DNA of 64,000 nt from Obrimoposthia wandeli (lineage: Eukaryota): positions 186,001 to 250,000 of the forward strand of contig CDROCS010003335.1 of assembly GCA_977020255.1 (NCBI GenBank), given 5' to 3'. Positions 54,201 to 61,859 of the stretch are shown here, piece by piece. The notes under the pieces were generated by a model. It searched no databases. It was not told the DNA's origin and saw only the letters and a program-made list of their open reading frames with translations. Each line of letters starts with the position of its first letter. Positions within the stretch are counted from its first letter, which is position 1. Position numbers and translations under genes: made by a program.

Positions 54201-57200
54201 TTGATTTAATACGAATGCCTGGATGGTTTTTTTTGGTAAGCAGAACTGCCGATGTACGATGAACTAAACATTCAGTTAAGATGCAAGTTGGAGCCATGAA
54301 AAACTGTGAATGGGCAAAACGGTTTTGATGTGAAAATCTATAATGAGATTTATTGAAAGTTGTCATACGTCAGGGTGTTTCAAAATCTGGTGCAAAAAGT
54401 AAATCAATTTATATCTTATCCAAATATAAAAATATGTTGTAGTTTTCGAATTTAAAACGTTTGAATATCAGATTTTTTGATTTTACATATATTTTTACAT
54501 AAAACCTTTATATCTTGACATAATTATTTTTAAAATTATAACCATTTTTAATGAAAACAAAATATATATACAGCCAATATTTATATTGTATATTCAAATA
54601 TATCTATATTTAACTCAAACAACAATTCATATGTGTAAAGCACGTCGAATACAGAATTTTGGAATGTATTCTGACATAATTCCGAGATTCTAGTTTCGAA
54701 TTTTTAATTCTGATATGGAGCTTGGATCATCTCAATACACATAATTTTTGATTGTTCCCTAAGGTTTGGTGATAAAGGAGCCCTTTGTTTCTGAATCTTC
54801 TACAGTATCTATGTTCTGGTATAGTAACCTCCAAGTGTTCAGAGTTCACACGATGTTTCATTCTTCTTATTGTGCAAGCGATTCAAGTTAGCACATTCCT
54901 ATATGTATTCTTGTTTTATCCTTTTTTCATACTTTTCACTACACTATGAAATTAAAATATATACACCAAAAGTTGTGCAATTTCACGATGTATATGATGA
55001 GGAAAGTTTCAAATTTTAAATAATGTTAAATAAACAATGTTGTTTGAAGTCTTGTTTTAATATTCTATAATCCGTGAAACAGCCGAATTTAAATATATTT
55101 TGCTCCAAGCCATCTTGGATTTGGGATTTGACTACAAACAATATATGAAATCTAAGTCACCATCCGTGATACAACCGACATGCATGGAAATAGTACCAAC
55201 TGCGTCTACTCAATATACGTTTAACTATACGTCAAGAATTTTAATCGGATAAAAGATGACGACGGAATAATGTACCAAAGTCCGACATACACTAATTCTA
55301 TAGAAATTCTTGTAATAAATTTTCAATTTCTCGATTTCAAATTCCCCAATAAAACGTCAAAAGACATTTCATCTATAGACAATTTATATCATCATGTAGA
55401 CATTATTCTATATAGTATTCTATAGTATACAAAACTTTGAGACATTAATTTCACCCCTTAGGTTTATTGTACATACACAATATATGCGTGAAACAACACT
55501 TGAGAAAATAATTTAATTTTTGAAAATAAATAAAGTCATAAAAAATATTAAGCATATATAAATTAACAAGCTGTGAAAAATATTTATATTTTAGAGTTGT
55601 AAAATGTCTGATAATGATAAAAAAACTGAAAATATATGTCGAAAATATCGCAATAAAAATATTTACAAAGTGAATAATGTCCATAAGCACTTCTTTCATT
55701 TAAACACAGCCATTAAGCTGATCATAACCTGAACATAATGCATTTTTTTATTTGAAATTGTGAAAAGCACGTTATTAATAATTCGAAAATTTTCTTTTCA
55801 TACTTAAAAGATTTCACGACGAATAAACACAATTAGTTTCTTTGAAATATATAATCAATAATAAAATTATTATATAATTAAATTTCAACTATTTATATTA
55901 AAACCCAAAGGTTCAATTTACCCAATACTGACAGATTAATTTAATCGTTCATCTGTTTGATGAAATAATGATATTTAATTTTTGAACTGACTTTTGAAAC
56001 ACCCTGTACTAATCGAACCATGTGGTATCTGATTCAATCCAGAGTTTCCCTTGGGATAGCTGGTAAATGAAGAAAAATTTGTATCGAGTAAGGCAAATGG
56101 TTAGAAGTATTGAAAATGTAAGGTCCACAACTTATTCTCGAACTATAAAGGGGTACTTTTTGTGGATTTCTTTGGTATGAATAGACCAACTTTATAAAAA
56201 TGAGTTTAGAAAGTTATATATATGCATGTTTTTTACAAACCACTATGTGGTAATGATGTTGTGTTTACTTCTTTATGTAGAATGTAGTTCAAACAAAAAG
56301 CATGTATAGACGTTAGTAGAAATATATGTAATGAAAGGCCCTTAGGGGCATATAAAATCAAATTCAGGCAGGGTTACACAAAAGAAATATAAGGTCAACT
56401 GAATAAATACTAATTATTCCGGTCAAAGAAAATTTAGTTTCTTCATGAAATGGTTTCTGCGCTGGGTGTTGTCTAAAGCTCCCATTTGCACAGGTGCGCA
56501 ACCGGAGAATCGTGGCAGGAGATAATGCTGGCATGTGATGCCGAAGCAAGTTGTGTCAAAAAGACGATGGACGCCGACTGTGGGAGCACGCTGACTTATC
56601 TTTACTTTGTGTCCTTCATTTTCTTCTGCTCCTTCCTCATGCTCAATTTGTTTGTGGCTGTTATCATGGACAACTTTGACTATCTCACGCGAGACTCTTC
56701 CATACTGGGTCCTCATCACCTCGACGAGTTTATCCGAGTGTGGGCCGAGTACGACCCCGGAGCCAGGTTTGTCATACTCCTCGTCCCATTTTACATAGCA
56801 ATCAGCCCTGTCTTTGACACACTAAGTATTACAAGACCCATAAGCCAGTGATTTTGAGCTAATGTAACAGACAATAAAATGACAAGAAGAAAAATAAACT
56901 TTAAATTGTCTATCATGTCTCAACATGACATTGTTCAGCTTAAAATTTTAAATAGCACAATTATTCGATTAACTTACATTATTCATGAAAGTACAGCGCC
57001 AAAATAAAATAAGTAATGAACGAATAATTTCGAGAGTTAGTAGAAAGGTACTGATAAAGAATTCTACTAAGTCCCTTACGCTTACCTTCAAATGTCGCTC
57101 CGATCTCCCTGTAGGACTAAAATTACACAAAATATAAGTTTGCAATTTTGGAAGCAAGGATGTTTTTTAGTTAACGGAATAGAAAACTAAAAGTGTCGTC

Positions 57201-59524
57201 TTCAGATATTTTTCATAACCTCAGGGCTTAAGAGATAAGGCTTAATTTTGTTTGAAACGTGTAAAGAACTAGTTTAGAGGAACAGGTTCAAGAGACACAT
57301 CACTTTGGAAACTGAATATCTAAAAATAATAAATAAATTTAAAATGAATCAACAAAATATATTCAAATGTATTATCAAATTAAACTTCTTTGCTTACGTA
57401 ATTGGAATAAGAAACTTTTATTCAATTTTTTTTTTGATAATTATTTTTATTTTTGAAATATAAATCAAACATATGTTCTCCATCCTAATCTATAGTCTTC
57501 TGTAATTTTTACTTAGTTCAGAGACGCAAAGAAGTGTATGGTATAATTATGAGAGTATGTTACACTTAGAAATGATAACTTGCGGTTTCAGTGTTACCTC
57601 TGATATTTATTCATCACACTAATCAAAATTCATGAAAGTTTGTGTCTAAAATATCCTGCGTTATAAAATAGAAAAAAGATTCTTCTTTCACATGATAATG
57701 GCAACATAAAGAAAATTACAGAAACATGGTCAGAACTAAACGAAATTGAGGTCTTACCTCATCTGATTAAGTACCATTAAGTATTTATTTATTCCGACCA
57801 ATGGATCACTTTTTCAAAAGTGTGTTTGAATCAGGCTGTCATGACTTCTTTGCGTCTCTGAACTAAGTTAAAATTACAGAAGACTATGGAATAGGATGTC
57901 GAACATATGTTTTATTTATATTTCATGCTATTAAATATATTTTTATATAAAAGGTTATCGACTTACAAATCAACGTAATATGTAAAACTTAAAACATTTA
58001 ATACCTTGCAAAAAATATCTGATAACGAATAACTGTGGAGTGGAACATTGTTTCATTTAGCTTATGATAGCTGAACCCTTAATAATTGTGGGAAGTCACA
58101 GTCTAAAAGCCGTCTAGCAAACAGAATAAATGTGGGAAAACCGACTAGACGAAACTGGAAACAGATGTTTGATTCCAAATTAAGAAACAGCAGCAGAAAT
58201 TGTTTATTAAGATTTTTAATATTTAACTGTAGTCGTCCACAATACTGAACAACATATTTATGTATGCCTGGAATTTAGATTATTCTCAAATTTCCAAACA
58301 TTTATCCCAATTCTCTAAAATAAATAAAGACTATGTTGTTTTAAGTTAGATTAGTCAAGTTGTATTCGTTTATTATCAAAAAACAAATACTGTATTTTAA
58401 ACATTATTTAAGGGTCAAATAACATTTATTTTTAATTTTCAGTGGTCGGATTCATCACACCGACATGTATGAAATGCTGCGCAACATGGAACCTCCAGTG
58501 GGATTCGGAAAGAAGTGTCCATATCGCCTGGCATATCGAGTGGGTAGTGATTATTTAGATAACTGTTTGACTGTGACTGCAACTGTGACTAATGGTTAAT
58601 TTCTTGCAGAAGCTCATTCGTATGAATATGCCAGTAGACGACAACGGAACAGTTCATTTCACCACCACCCTGTTTGCGCTGATCCGGGAATCTTTGAGTA
58701 TCAAAATGTCGACCGCTGAGTACATGGATATCAAAGATATGGAGCTGCGACAAACAATCTGCAAGATGTGGGCCGTACAAGCCAAAAAGAAGCTCAATAT
58801 TCTTGTACCTCCTGACACAGGTAACATATTCTACCCTGTAATCATATCTAAGATGGCTGCAAATGCAATTTGAATAGTTCAAATTTCGTAATTTCAAAAT
58901 GTTTGAAAAGAAAATGTGCTGAACGATGATTATAATTAATCCTTGTCGGCGTAGATAGATTCTGGAGTTGTCATTAAGTATCCTGGTAACATAAGTATTG
59001 CCACATTGTCTAAAACAAAACCAAGCCAAAACAAGATGCCAGAATGCAACCAATTTGTGTGCAAAATAATTCCAACTAAAGACCTATTTATGATGAACTG
59101 ATCTTGGTGTGTAATCCTGAACTTCAATATGTACAAATTTCCATGATCATCTAATAATAGATCATTATAAATTATGATAATACTCTAACTATTAGTAATT
59201 GAAGGAGACGAATAAGAAATTTTAAAAAGTCAAAAAGGTTCTGTATGAATCAGAAAGGTAAATATCTTAACTCCTTTGATTTCGTTAGTTGTAGTTGAAA
59301 TAGGTTCAAAATTCTCAACAGAATTGATCATTTTTATCAGTTTACTTTTTGTTTAACAATACTGACCTGGGGATTACCAAATGTCATGGTGAAAGAAAAT
59401 ATTTTTATTCTCAAATCCAGAATTGGTTTTCACCAAAATGACGGTGGGGAAAATCTACGCGGGTTTCTTGATTCTCGAGAACTGGAGAGCCTACAAAAAT
59501 AGTCAAGACCAAAATCCGAAAGCC
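162..59524 (+). CDS. cac: Cav2-type voltage-gated calcium channel alpha-1 subunit gene, partial (21 exons joined in window, domain II pore to IQ-like motif)
   Basis: Phase-consistent exon chain of 2877 nt. Pore-loop glutamates TGEDW (II), TGEGW (III), TGESW (IV). Cav2-diagnostic [26 protein letters not shown] (Cav1 has IKSFQALPYVALL), [13 protein letters not shown], and [15 protein letters not shown]. The symbol denotes the Cav2 orthology group only. Confidence 0.97.
4381..7030. mobile_element. Composite GC-richer insertion (possible retroelement remnant) enclosing the 58-bp satellite
   Basis: GC-richer flanks at 4381-4800 and 6373-6840; an 84-aa minus ORF (6376-6630) ends at the array; TGTGATG and a TATA-like TATATAAG on the minus strand. 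No RT, gag or integrase motif seen. Confidence 0.3.
4810..6372. repeat. 58-bp tandem satellite, about 27 copies, each a dimer of related 26-bp and 32-bp subunits
   Basis: Unit AAAACTTTATCAATTCTTTAATATGG + AAAACTTGATCAAACTAATTCTTTTAATATGA; the register shifts by 2 nt per 60-nt line, giving a period of 58. Confidence 0.97.
9145..9293 (+). pseudogene. Degenerate 28S (LSU) rRNA-derived fragment, copy 1
   Basis: GAATGCCTAGTGGGCTATTATTAGTAAGTAGAACAGGCGAGCTGGGATGAACCAAAC..GTTAAGGGGCC resembles LSU core GCCTAGTGGGCCATTTTTGGTAAGCAGAACTGGCGATGCGGGATGAACCGAAC..GTTAAGGYGCC; GTAAGCGAATAATTAGA lies upstream. Confidence 0.85.
9940..10070 (+). pseudogene. Degenerate 28S rRNA-derived fragment, copy 2
   Basis: GTGCAAATCAATCGTCC...AAAGACTAATTGGACTGTCTAATTTCTGGTTGCTTCCAACGTTTCCCTCAGGATGGCTGGC vs LSU GTGCAAATCGGTCGTCC...AAAGACTAATCGAACCATCTAGTAGCTGGTTCCCTCCGAAGTTTCCCTCAGGATAGCTGGC. 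Confidence 0.85.
10552..10685 (+). CDS. cac: Cav2 exon: end of IIS6 and start of II-III linker ([27 protein letters not shown]...ENS)
   Basis: Conserved [14 protein letters not shown]; 134 nt; donor GTTAGT at 10686, phase 0. Confidence 0.95.
11150..11660 (+). mobile_element. hAT (Charlie/Buster-like) transposase 3' remnant with hATC dimerisation domain
   Basis: [12 protein letters not shown].. then (frameshift) [36 protein letters not shown] matches the hATC pattern YP.L...A...F.TTYLCE.GFS....K.K.R.RL..E..MR..LS.I.P.I. Confidence 0.75.
11710..11825 (+). CDS. cac: Cav2 exon: II-III linker ([39 protein letters not shown])
   Basis: GC-rich island with TTTCAG acceptor and GTAAGT donor; 116 nt bridges phase 0 to phase 2 exactly as the flanking exons require. 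Sequence itself is not conserved. Confidence 0.82.
13140..13285 (+). pseudogene. Degenerate 28S rRNA-derived fragment, copy 3
   Basis: CCGAACTTTCCCTCAAGATAGCTGGC...TGATTAGA..GGGGATCAAAGTCCTCAACATATTATGAAAC..GGGTACG..GAATGCCTA follows LSU order across D4-D5. Confidence 0.8.
13310..13380 (-). pseudogene. Degenerate 28S rRNA-derived fragment, copy 4 (inverted)
   Basis: Reverse complement reads TATTCTCAAACTTTATATGGGTACGATGTGTGGCTTTCTTCA vs LSU TATTCTCAAACTTTAAATGGGTA. Confidence 0.8.
13773..13852 (+). CDS. cac: Cav2 exon: II-III linker ([26 protein letters not shown])
   Basis: TTTTCAG acceptor, GTATGC donor; 80 nt, phase 2 in and phase 1 out, fits both neighbours. Confidence 0.8.
14050..14520 (+). 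mobile_element. Possible hAT-type fragment
   Basis: CAGTGTTGG terminus-like start and [16 protein letters not shown] resembling hAT L..EF..RF.D/E; weak. Confidence 0.25.
15010..15830 (-). mobile_element. Decayed mariner (DD34D-type) transposase
   Basis: Minus strand: [20 protein letters not shown]...[13 protein letters not shown] (HTH region), FIHGNARL (HDNARP) and QAPYSSEF (HPPYSPDL); multiple stops and frameshifts. Confidence 0.7.
16354..16474 (+). CDS. cac: Cav2 exon: end of II-III linker (...[18 protein letters not shown])
   Basis: Conserved PYSSMFIFS motif; TTTCAG acceptor; 121 nt. Confidence 0.92.
16689..16878 (+). CDS. cac: Cav2 exon: IIIS1-S2 ([35 protein letters not shown]...FTVEMTLK)
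   Basis: Strong Cav motif [10 protein letters not shown]; 190 nt; GTTAGT donor. Confidence 0.96.
18625..18765 (+). repeat. Degenerate interstitial telomere-like (TTAGGG/TTAGAG/TTAGGC) tract
   Basis: ATTAGGGTTAGATGATTAGAGTTAAGGGTTAGAGTTAGA..TTAGGCTTAGAGTTAGGCTTA. Confidence 0.55.
19141..19247 (+). CDS. cac: Cav2 exon: IIIS3 ([36 protein letters not shown])
   Basis: CAG acceptor at 19138-19140; GTAAGA donor; 107 nt, phase 2. Confidence 0.95.
19990..20570 (+). mobile_element. Decayed Tc1/IS630-like transposase
   Basis: [14 protein letters not shown].. NQNDRVWAT.. [13 protein letters not shown].. [27 protein letters not shown] resembles the NDR(V/I)W and F.HD.APC motifs of invertebrate ITm transposases. 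Confidence 0.6.
21127..21150 (+). CDS. cac: Candidate 24-nt microexon in IIIS3-S4 loop (adds RIPKNDDN)
   Basis: TTTATTTTCCCTATAG acceptor and perfect GTAAGT donor; 24 nt preserves frame between the phase-2 exons at 19247 and 35421, with no stop. Confidence 0.7.
21790..21950 (-). mobile_element. ITm (Tc1-like) transposase C-terminal scrap
   Basis: [29 protein letters not shown] resembles P.T..ELK..I..A...I.P.......NF. Confidence 0.4.
22060..22802 (-). pseudogene. Decayed unknown ORF, divergent from the TBP-like gene
   Basis: Long near-open frames with few stops or frameshifts ([13 protein letters not shown]..; [16 protein letters not shown]..; [28 protein letters not shown]..); family not recognised. 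Confidence 0.45.
23061..23473 (+). pseudogene. TATA-binding-protein (TBP)-fold-like pseudogene, intronless
   Basis: [29 protein letters not shown]...[16 protein letters not shown] aligns by eye to the TBP repeat (IVSTVNLGCKLDL..; SYEPELFPGLIYR...LIFVSGKVVLTGAK); an upstream frame has SFSNHKIC (first-repeat IFSxGK). Confidence 0.6.
23485..23813 (+). pseudogene. BIR (baculovirus IAP repeat) domain pseudogene
   Basis: One frame: [49 protein letters not shown] matches BIR E..RL.TF..W..LA.AGFY..V.C.FC.G.+.NWE...P...H...P.CPF; two stops are TGA at Trp positions. Confidence 0.85.
24188..24330 (+). pseudogene. RING-HC finger remnant (IAP-type)
   Basis: [11 protein letters not shown], then after a frameshift HLKT(Y)LT(Y)[17 protein letters not shown]; Cys positions read TAT (TGT>TAT decay). 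Matches the IAP RING C..C..V.LLPCGH..C..C...C..CR..I. Confidence 0.6.
24490..25190 (+). mobile_element. Maverick/Polinton-type retroviral-like (c-)integrase pseudogene
   Basis: [36 protein letters not shown]...Y...NGSSKYIL matches the Polinton integrase WL..Q..YTLH+P....F.R....V..I...WQ.DL.....N.G.KYIL; downstream LQI.DKAS (LQTD.G.EF), WIK...YNLTYH and MGDYIGI (GD.VRI). Confidence 0.75.
29440..29680 (-). mobile_element. Mariner transposase remnant
   Basis: [34 protein letters not shown] = HDNARPH..A....L...G...L.HPPYSPDL. Confidence 0.75.
31570..32000 (-). mobile_element. Tc1-like (DD34E) transposase remnant
   Basis: [21 protein letters not shown] = WPA.SPDLNPIEN.W..LK. Confidence 0.75.
33690..34200 (+). 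mobile_element. pogo/Tigger transposase remnant
   Basis: KRKATIISL (N-terminal HTH start), [13 protein letters not shown], and [22 protein letters not shown] = GY...Q+FN.DETGL.WK.MP. Confidence 0.7.
35421..35526 (+). CDS. cac: Cav2 exon: IIIS4 voltage sensor ([35 protein letters not shown])
   Basis: S4 basic repeat; CTCAG acceptor, GTGAGA donor; 106 nt. Confidence 0.96.
37674..37834 (+). CDS. cac: Cav2 exon: IIIS5 ([47 protein letters not shown]...)
   Basis: Conserved translation; 161 nt; GTACGA donor. Confidence 0.96.
38102..38245 (+). CDS. cac: Cav2 exon: domain III pore loop (...[23 protein letters not shown])
   Basis: TGEGWP selectivity filter; 144 nt; GTGAGT donor. Confidence 0.95.
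38258..38617. repeat. 16-bp minisatellite (ATGACACAGCCTCGAT), about 22.5 copies
   Basis: Direct reading of the units; the 16-aa periodicity of the overlapping spurious minus-strand ORFs confirms a 16-nt unit. Confidence 0.95.
38738..38939 (+). CDS. cac: Cav2 exon: IIIS6 (VLKNSMDAT...[22 protein letters not shown]...DKNQ)
   Basis: Conserved translation; 202 nt; phases fit. Confidence 0.96.
41560..41730 (+). mobile_element. Possible Penelope-like GIY-YIG C-terminal scrap
   Basis: [23 protein letters not shown] resembles EA+.I....PSLNRD.G.H.LP..Y; short and weak. Confidence 0.25.
41948..42112 (+). CDS. cac: Cav2 exon: III-IV linker and IVS1 ([18 protein letters not shown]...LNTLILMMK)
   Basis: 165 nt, phase 0/0; GTAAAT donor. 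Confidence 0.96.
45001..45159 (+). CDS. cac: Cav2 exon: IVS1-S2 loop and IVS2 ([53 protein letters not shown])
   Basis: GCAG acceptor ends at 45000; 159 nt; GTCAGC donor. Confidence 0.94.
45863..46203. mobile_element. pogo-like MITE
   Basis: Left T(A>T)CCGTAATATACCGCGCGTATAAGG; right end reverse complement TACCGTAAATTCGCATGTACACGGCGCA; internal repeated GTATAAGGCGCA motifs. Confidence 0.65.
47090..47173 (+). CDS. cac: Cav2 exon: IVS3 ([28 protein letters not shown])
   Basis: 84 nt, phase 0/0; conserved motif. Confidence 0.96.
47780..48050 (-). mobile_element. Possible pogo DDE_1 fragment
   Basis: [10 protein letters not shown]...[11 protein letters not shown] resembles GW....F...L+.D.H.SH; weak. 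Confidence 0.3.
49330..49720 (-). mobile_element. pogo (POGK-like) DDE_1 transposase remnant
   Basis: [41 protein letters not shown] = IPGG.T..LQPLD+SVNK.FK...W..WM..G.H.FT..G.MR. Confidence 0.7.
52594..52779 (+). CDS. cac: Cav2 exon: IVS4-S5 ([62 protein letters not shown])
   Basis: 186 nt; Cav2-diagnostic sequence. Confidence 0.97.
53557..53673. mobile_element. 117-bp hAT (Charlie-type) MITE
   Basis: TIRs CAGTGGTTTCCAAAGT and (reverse complement) CAGCGATTTCCAAACT; 8-bp flanks ACTTAAAC / ATTTAAAA (6/8 identical TSD). Confidence 0.75.
53905..53996 (+). CDS. cac: Cav2 exon: domain IV S5-P ([31 protein letters not shown])
   Basis: 92 nt, phase 2 out; [10 protein letters not shown] motif. Confidence 0.96.
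54170..54300 (+). pseudogene. Degenerate 28S rRNA-derived fragment, copy 5
   Basis: GATGTGTGGCTTTCC..TAATACGAATGCC..TTTTTGGTAAGCAGAACTGCCGATGTACGATGAACTAAAC..GTTAAGATGC. Confidence 0.85.
54371..56006. mobile_element. 1.6-kb non-autonomous Tc1/mariner-type element with 15-bp perfect TIRs
   Basis: CAGGGTGTTTCAAAA at 54371-54385 and its reverse complement at 55992-56006, followed by TA; left TA not adjacent; no transposase recognised. Confidence 0.55.
56007..56155 (+). pseudogene. Degenerate 28S rRNA-derived fragment, copy 6
   Basis: ACTAATCGAACCATGTGGTATCTGATTC..AGTTTCCCTTGGGATAGCTGG..GTAAGGCAAATGGTTAGA..CAACTTATTCTCGAACTATAAAGGGGTAC. Confidence 0.87.
56494..56766 (+). CDS. cac: Cav2 exon: domain IV pore, IVS6 and proximal C-terminus ([12 protein letters not shown]...[24 protein letters not shown])
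   Basis: 273 nt; highly conserved translation. Confidence 0.97.
57454..57925. mobile_element. MITE-like element with about 82-bp terminal inverted repeats
   Basis: 57454-57535 vs reverse complement of 57844-57925, including the identical core ACTTAGTTCAGAGACGCAAAGAAGT. Confidence 0.85.
58443..58539 (+). CDS. cac: Cav2 exon: EF-hand-like region, 97-nt exon equivalent to vertebrate exon 37 ([32 protein letters not shown])
   Basis: 97 nt; conserved PP.GFGKKCP. Confidence 0.95.
58610..58820 (+). CDS. cac: Cav2 exon: pre-IQ region ([33 protein letters not shown]...LVPPDT)
   Basis: 211 nt after a 70-nt intron with a GACTAAT branch-like motif. Confidence 0.96.
59421..59524 (+). CDS. cac: Cav2 exon: IQ-like calmodulin-binding motif ([35 protein letters not shown])
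   Basis: CCAG acceptor, GTACGT donor; 104 nt. Confidence 0.92.
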
Positions 59525-60884
59525 GTACGTTTTCTTTCTAATCTCTCTGCTTTCTACTTAAGCTATTTCGACATAAGGAAGGGTTCTCGTTGTGTAAATA
59601 GAAATGTGCATAAAATATGAACGCTATAGTTGAATGAAAATTTATAATTAATATTAATAAATCATCAATCGACAAGATTACAAAATGATATGTTTCCCTT
59701 GACTATGTAGATAATTAATTGTTTGTATTCAATACTAGAACATTAGATTTTTATTCACCCCATACACATACACATTGGAACGTTTTGACCGATTGACAGA
59801 CCTGAATTAACCTTAAGGCAAGGTATGCATTTTGCCTAGTGCCTACAAAATTGGAGAGGCTTCGATATCTGAAGAAAAACAAAAAAACTAAATTACGTAA
59901 ACATTTTAACTGAAGTATTTCAAAGAATCTCTACTTTATGACTCTTTTTAGTGGCAAATTCAAAAATTACATTTTCAAAAGTAATTTGTTTTAAACATGA
60001 ATCATTTAATTTTTGTCATTTCGTCTCTACTAGCTTTCTTTTCTCATGACCCGAGTCATGACTTCTTTTATATCCATACTGTGCTAATTGTTTTAAAATG
60101 AAACCTTTATGATATAATTTATTGCAAATAAAATTAAAAAATATAATTGTTTTAAAATCACTCAATTAACAAGCTATTCTTTAAATAGTTAAGCATTTTA
60201 AATTGGAGAGATTTATCACTTTATACCACTAGTTCAAACTATTACCATTCCAAAAAAATACATATTTCAAAAATCAAAATATCGTAGCATTTTTATATAG
60301 CCTAGCTTTAAATTTAAAATTAAAGAAATTGTTTAAAAACAGTTGGACCAATAAACGATTTTACGTAATATGGAATATTTAAAATACATTAAAAAATCAT
60401 TGTTGTGCATAACACAATTTAGAGCAAATGTAAATAAAGGTTTCCTAAAAGTAAATTCAATTTAAACGTTAATAAGCATTTTAGAAATATGAGTTCGAAA
60501 TCGCTTACGGCCTACAAAATCATTAATCTGTCCTTACTCATTGATAAAAGTTATGTAAAACAGAGATATTAAATCAATGTAGAGATATATTAACCATTAG
60601 GAGTGTCCACTGGAAATCCGTAGTGGAATACGAAACAGTTATATCATATTATACAAAACTTAAGAAGTAACAATTATGTTAGGTATTTTCATGTCGAATT
60701 GTTTTGTTGTTATTATTTTTCCTATAACCTCAACCATCGTATTCCGAACAATGTTCCTATCGGCTTTGATAAGTTCAGATTTATTGTCCGTTTGTTGTCG
60801 CCTTCCAATTGTTCTTCTATGCTGCTGCTTCAATGTGCCCCATTAGTCAGAGTCTACAACATTCATTTCTACTTCTTGCGATAG

Positions 60885-60937
60885 GTCCACGGTGAATCTG
60901 AGATCGGGCCAGACGATGTAGTGGTTGTCCGAATTAG
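60885..60937 (+). CDS. Possible next Cav2 exon (VHGESEIGPDDVVVVRI-R)
   Basis: Pyrimidine-rich acceptor TTCTACTTCTTGCGATAG, phase 0 entry, and a GTTTGA donor as used at 47174. No recognisable conservation, and it lies in a stretch that also reads as decayed minus-strand coding sequence. Confidence 0.25.
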
Positions 60938-61859
60938 GTTTGAATGAATTGTAAACGCTGTTCTCGAATACCATACCATTATCAGTTCTGTTGCTATAGT
61001 CTTCTTCCTTTTCTTAGTATGAGGTGGTTCTTTTGAAACAAGTCATTCTTGACATAGACTCGTGTTTATGACATTTGATCCGACTGCAAATTTGAATAGT
61101 ATGCTAGAAATTGGATTTGAATAGGCCAATGATGGGACACGTATGAATGCTCTGTACAGTGTTTTGTTATCTTCAAGCAGAGTGTATGCAGCTATACGTT
61201 TATATATAAATTACAAATAGCCATGTCACTGTTAATACTGACAAAGTGATATAGAATGTTATGATTAGATGGATTGGTTTACGTAAAGTAGTTGTTTTCT
61301 GTGATGAATTTAAATGTAGTTTGGATTAGCAATTAAAATAATAAAAGAAGTTGTCGATAAATATTTTTAATAAAAAGGCAAAACAAAATAATTAGTGTAT
61401 TTAAAACTTAAAATTAGTATGAATATGTTATTTGTTTCTAGTGGTAAAAAATATCATGTTGTTCTTAGAAAATTGAATTTATCAATTTTAAATCCAAGTT
61501 TTGTAAAATTCCTTACAAAAATTTTTTTTCAAAAAACACATTTAACAAAATGATTTCTGCTTTTCATTTCAACAACAAAAATATTATAAAAATTAAATTC
61601 ACACAACTGTAACATTTTCGTACGGTATTTTTTATGTTATTTATAATTGTATTAAAATGTCTCTTTGAACACAAGAATAAGAAATTATATCACGAACTCG
61701 ATTGAAAGCTTATATACAATTAAAACTTTAAATAAACCTGTATGTCACGTGTGGTCCATATTAGATTTTAGACTGGCAAACATGAGAAAATATTAATCTG
61801 AATGGTTGAATATTTTAGAATGTAAGAGTACATCTCTCTTTTTAATTATTTTCAACAAT

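Noticed and set aside
57086-57108. Minus-strand exon-like 23-mer (CTACAG acceptor, GTAAGC donor)
   Set aside because: Isolated, not a multiple of three, with no partner exons; likely chance.
56767-58442. A duplicated, mutually exclusive exon-37a/b-like copy
   Set aside because: No 97-nt phase-compatible segment with the PP.G.GK.CP motif; only a chance PVGL in one frame near 57105.
56364-59136. Minus-strand and alternate-frame ORFs overlapping Cav2 exons (e.g. 56423-56719, 58589-59053, 52540-52797)
   Set aside because: Shadow ORFs of GC-rich exons, with no independent motifs.
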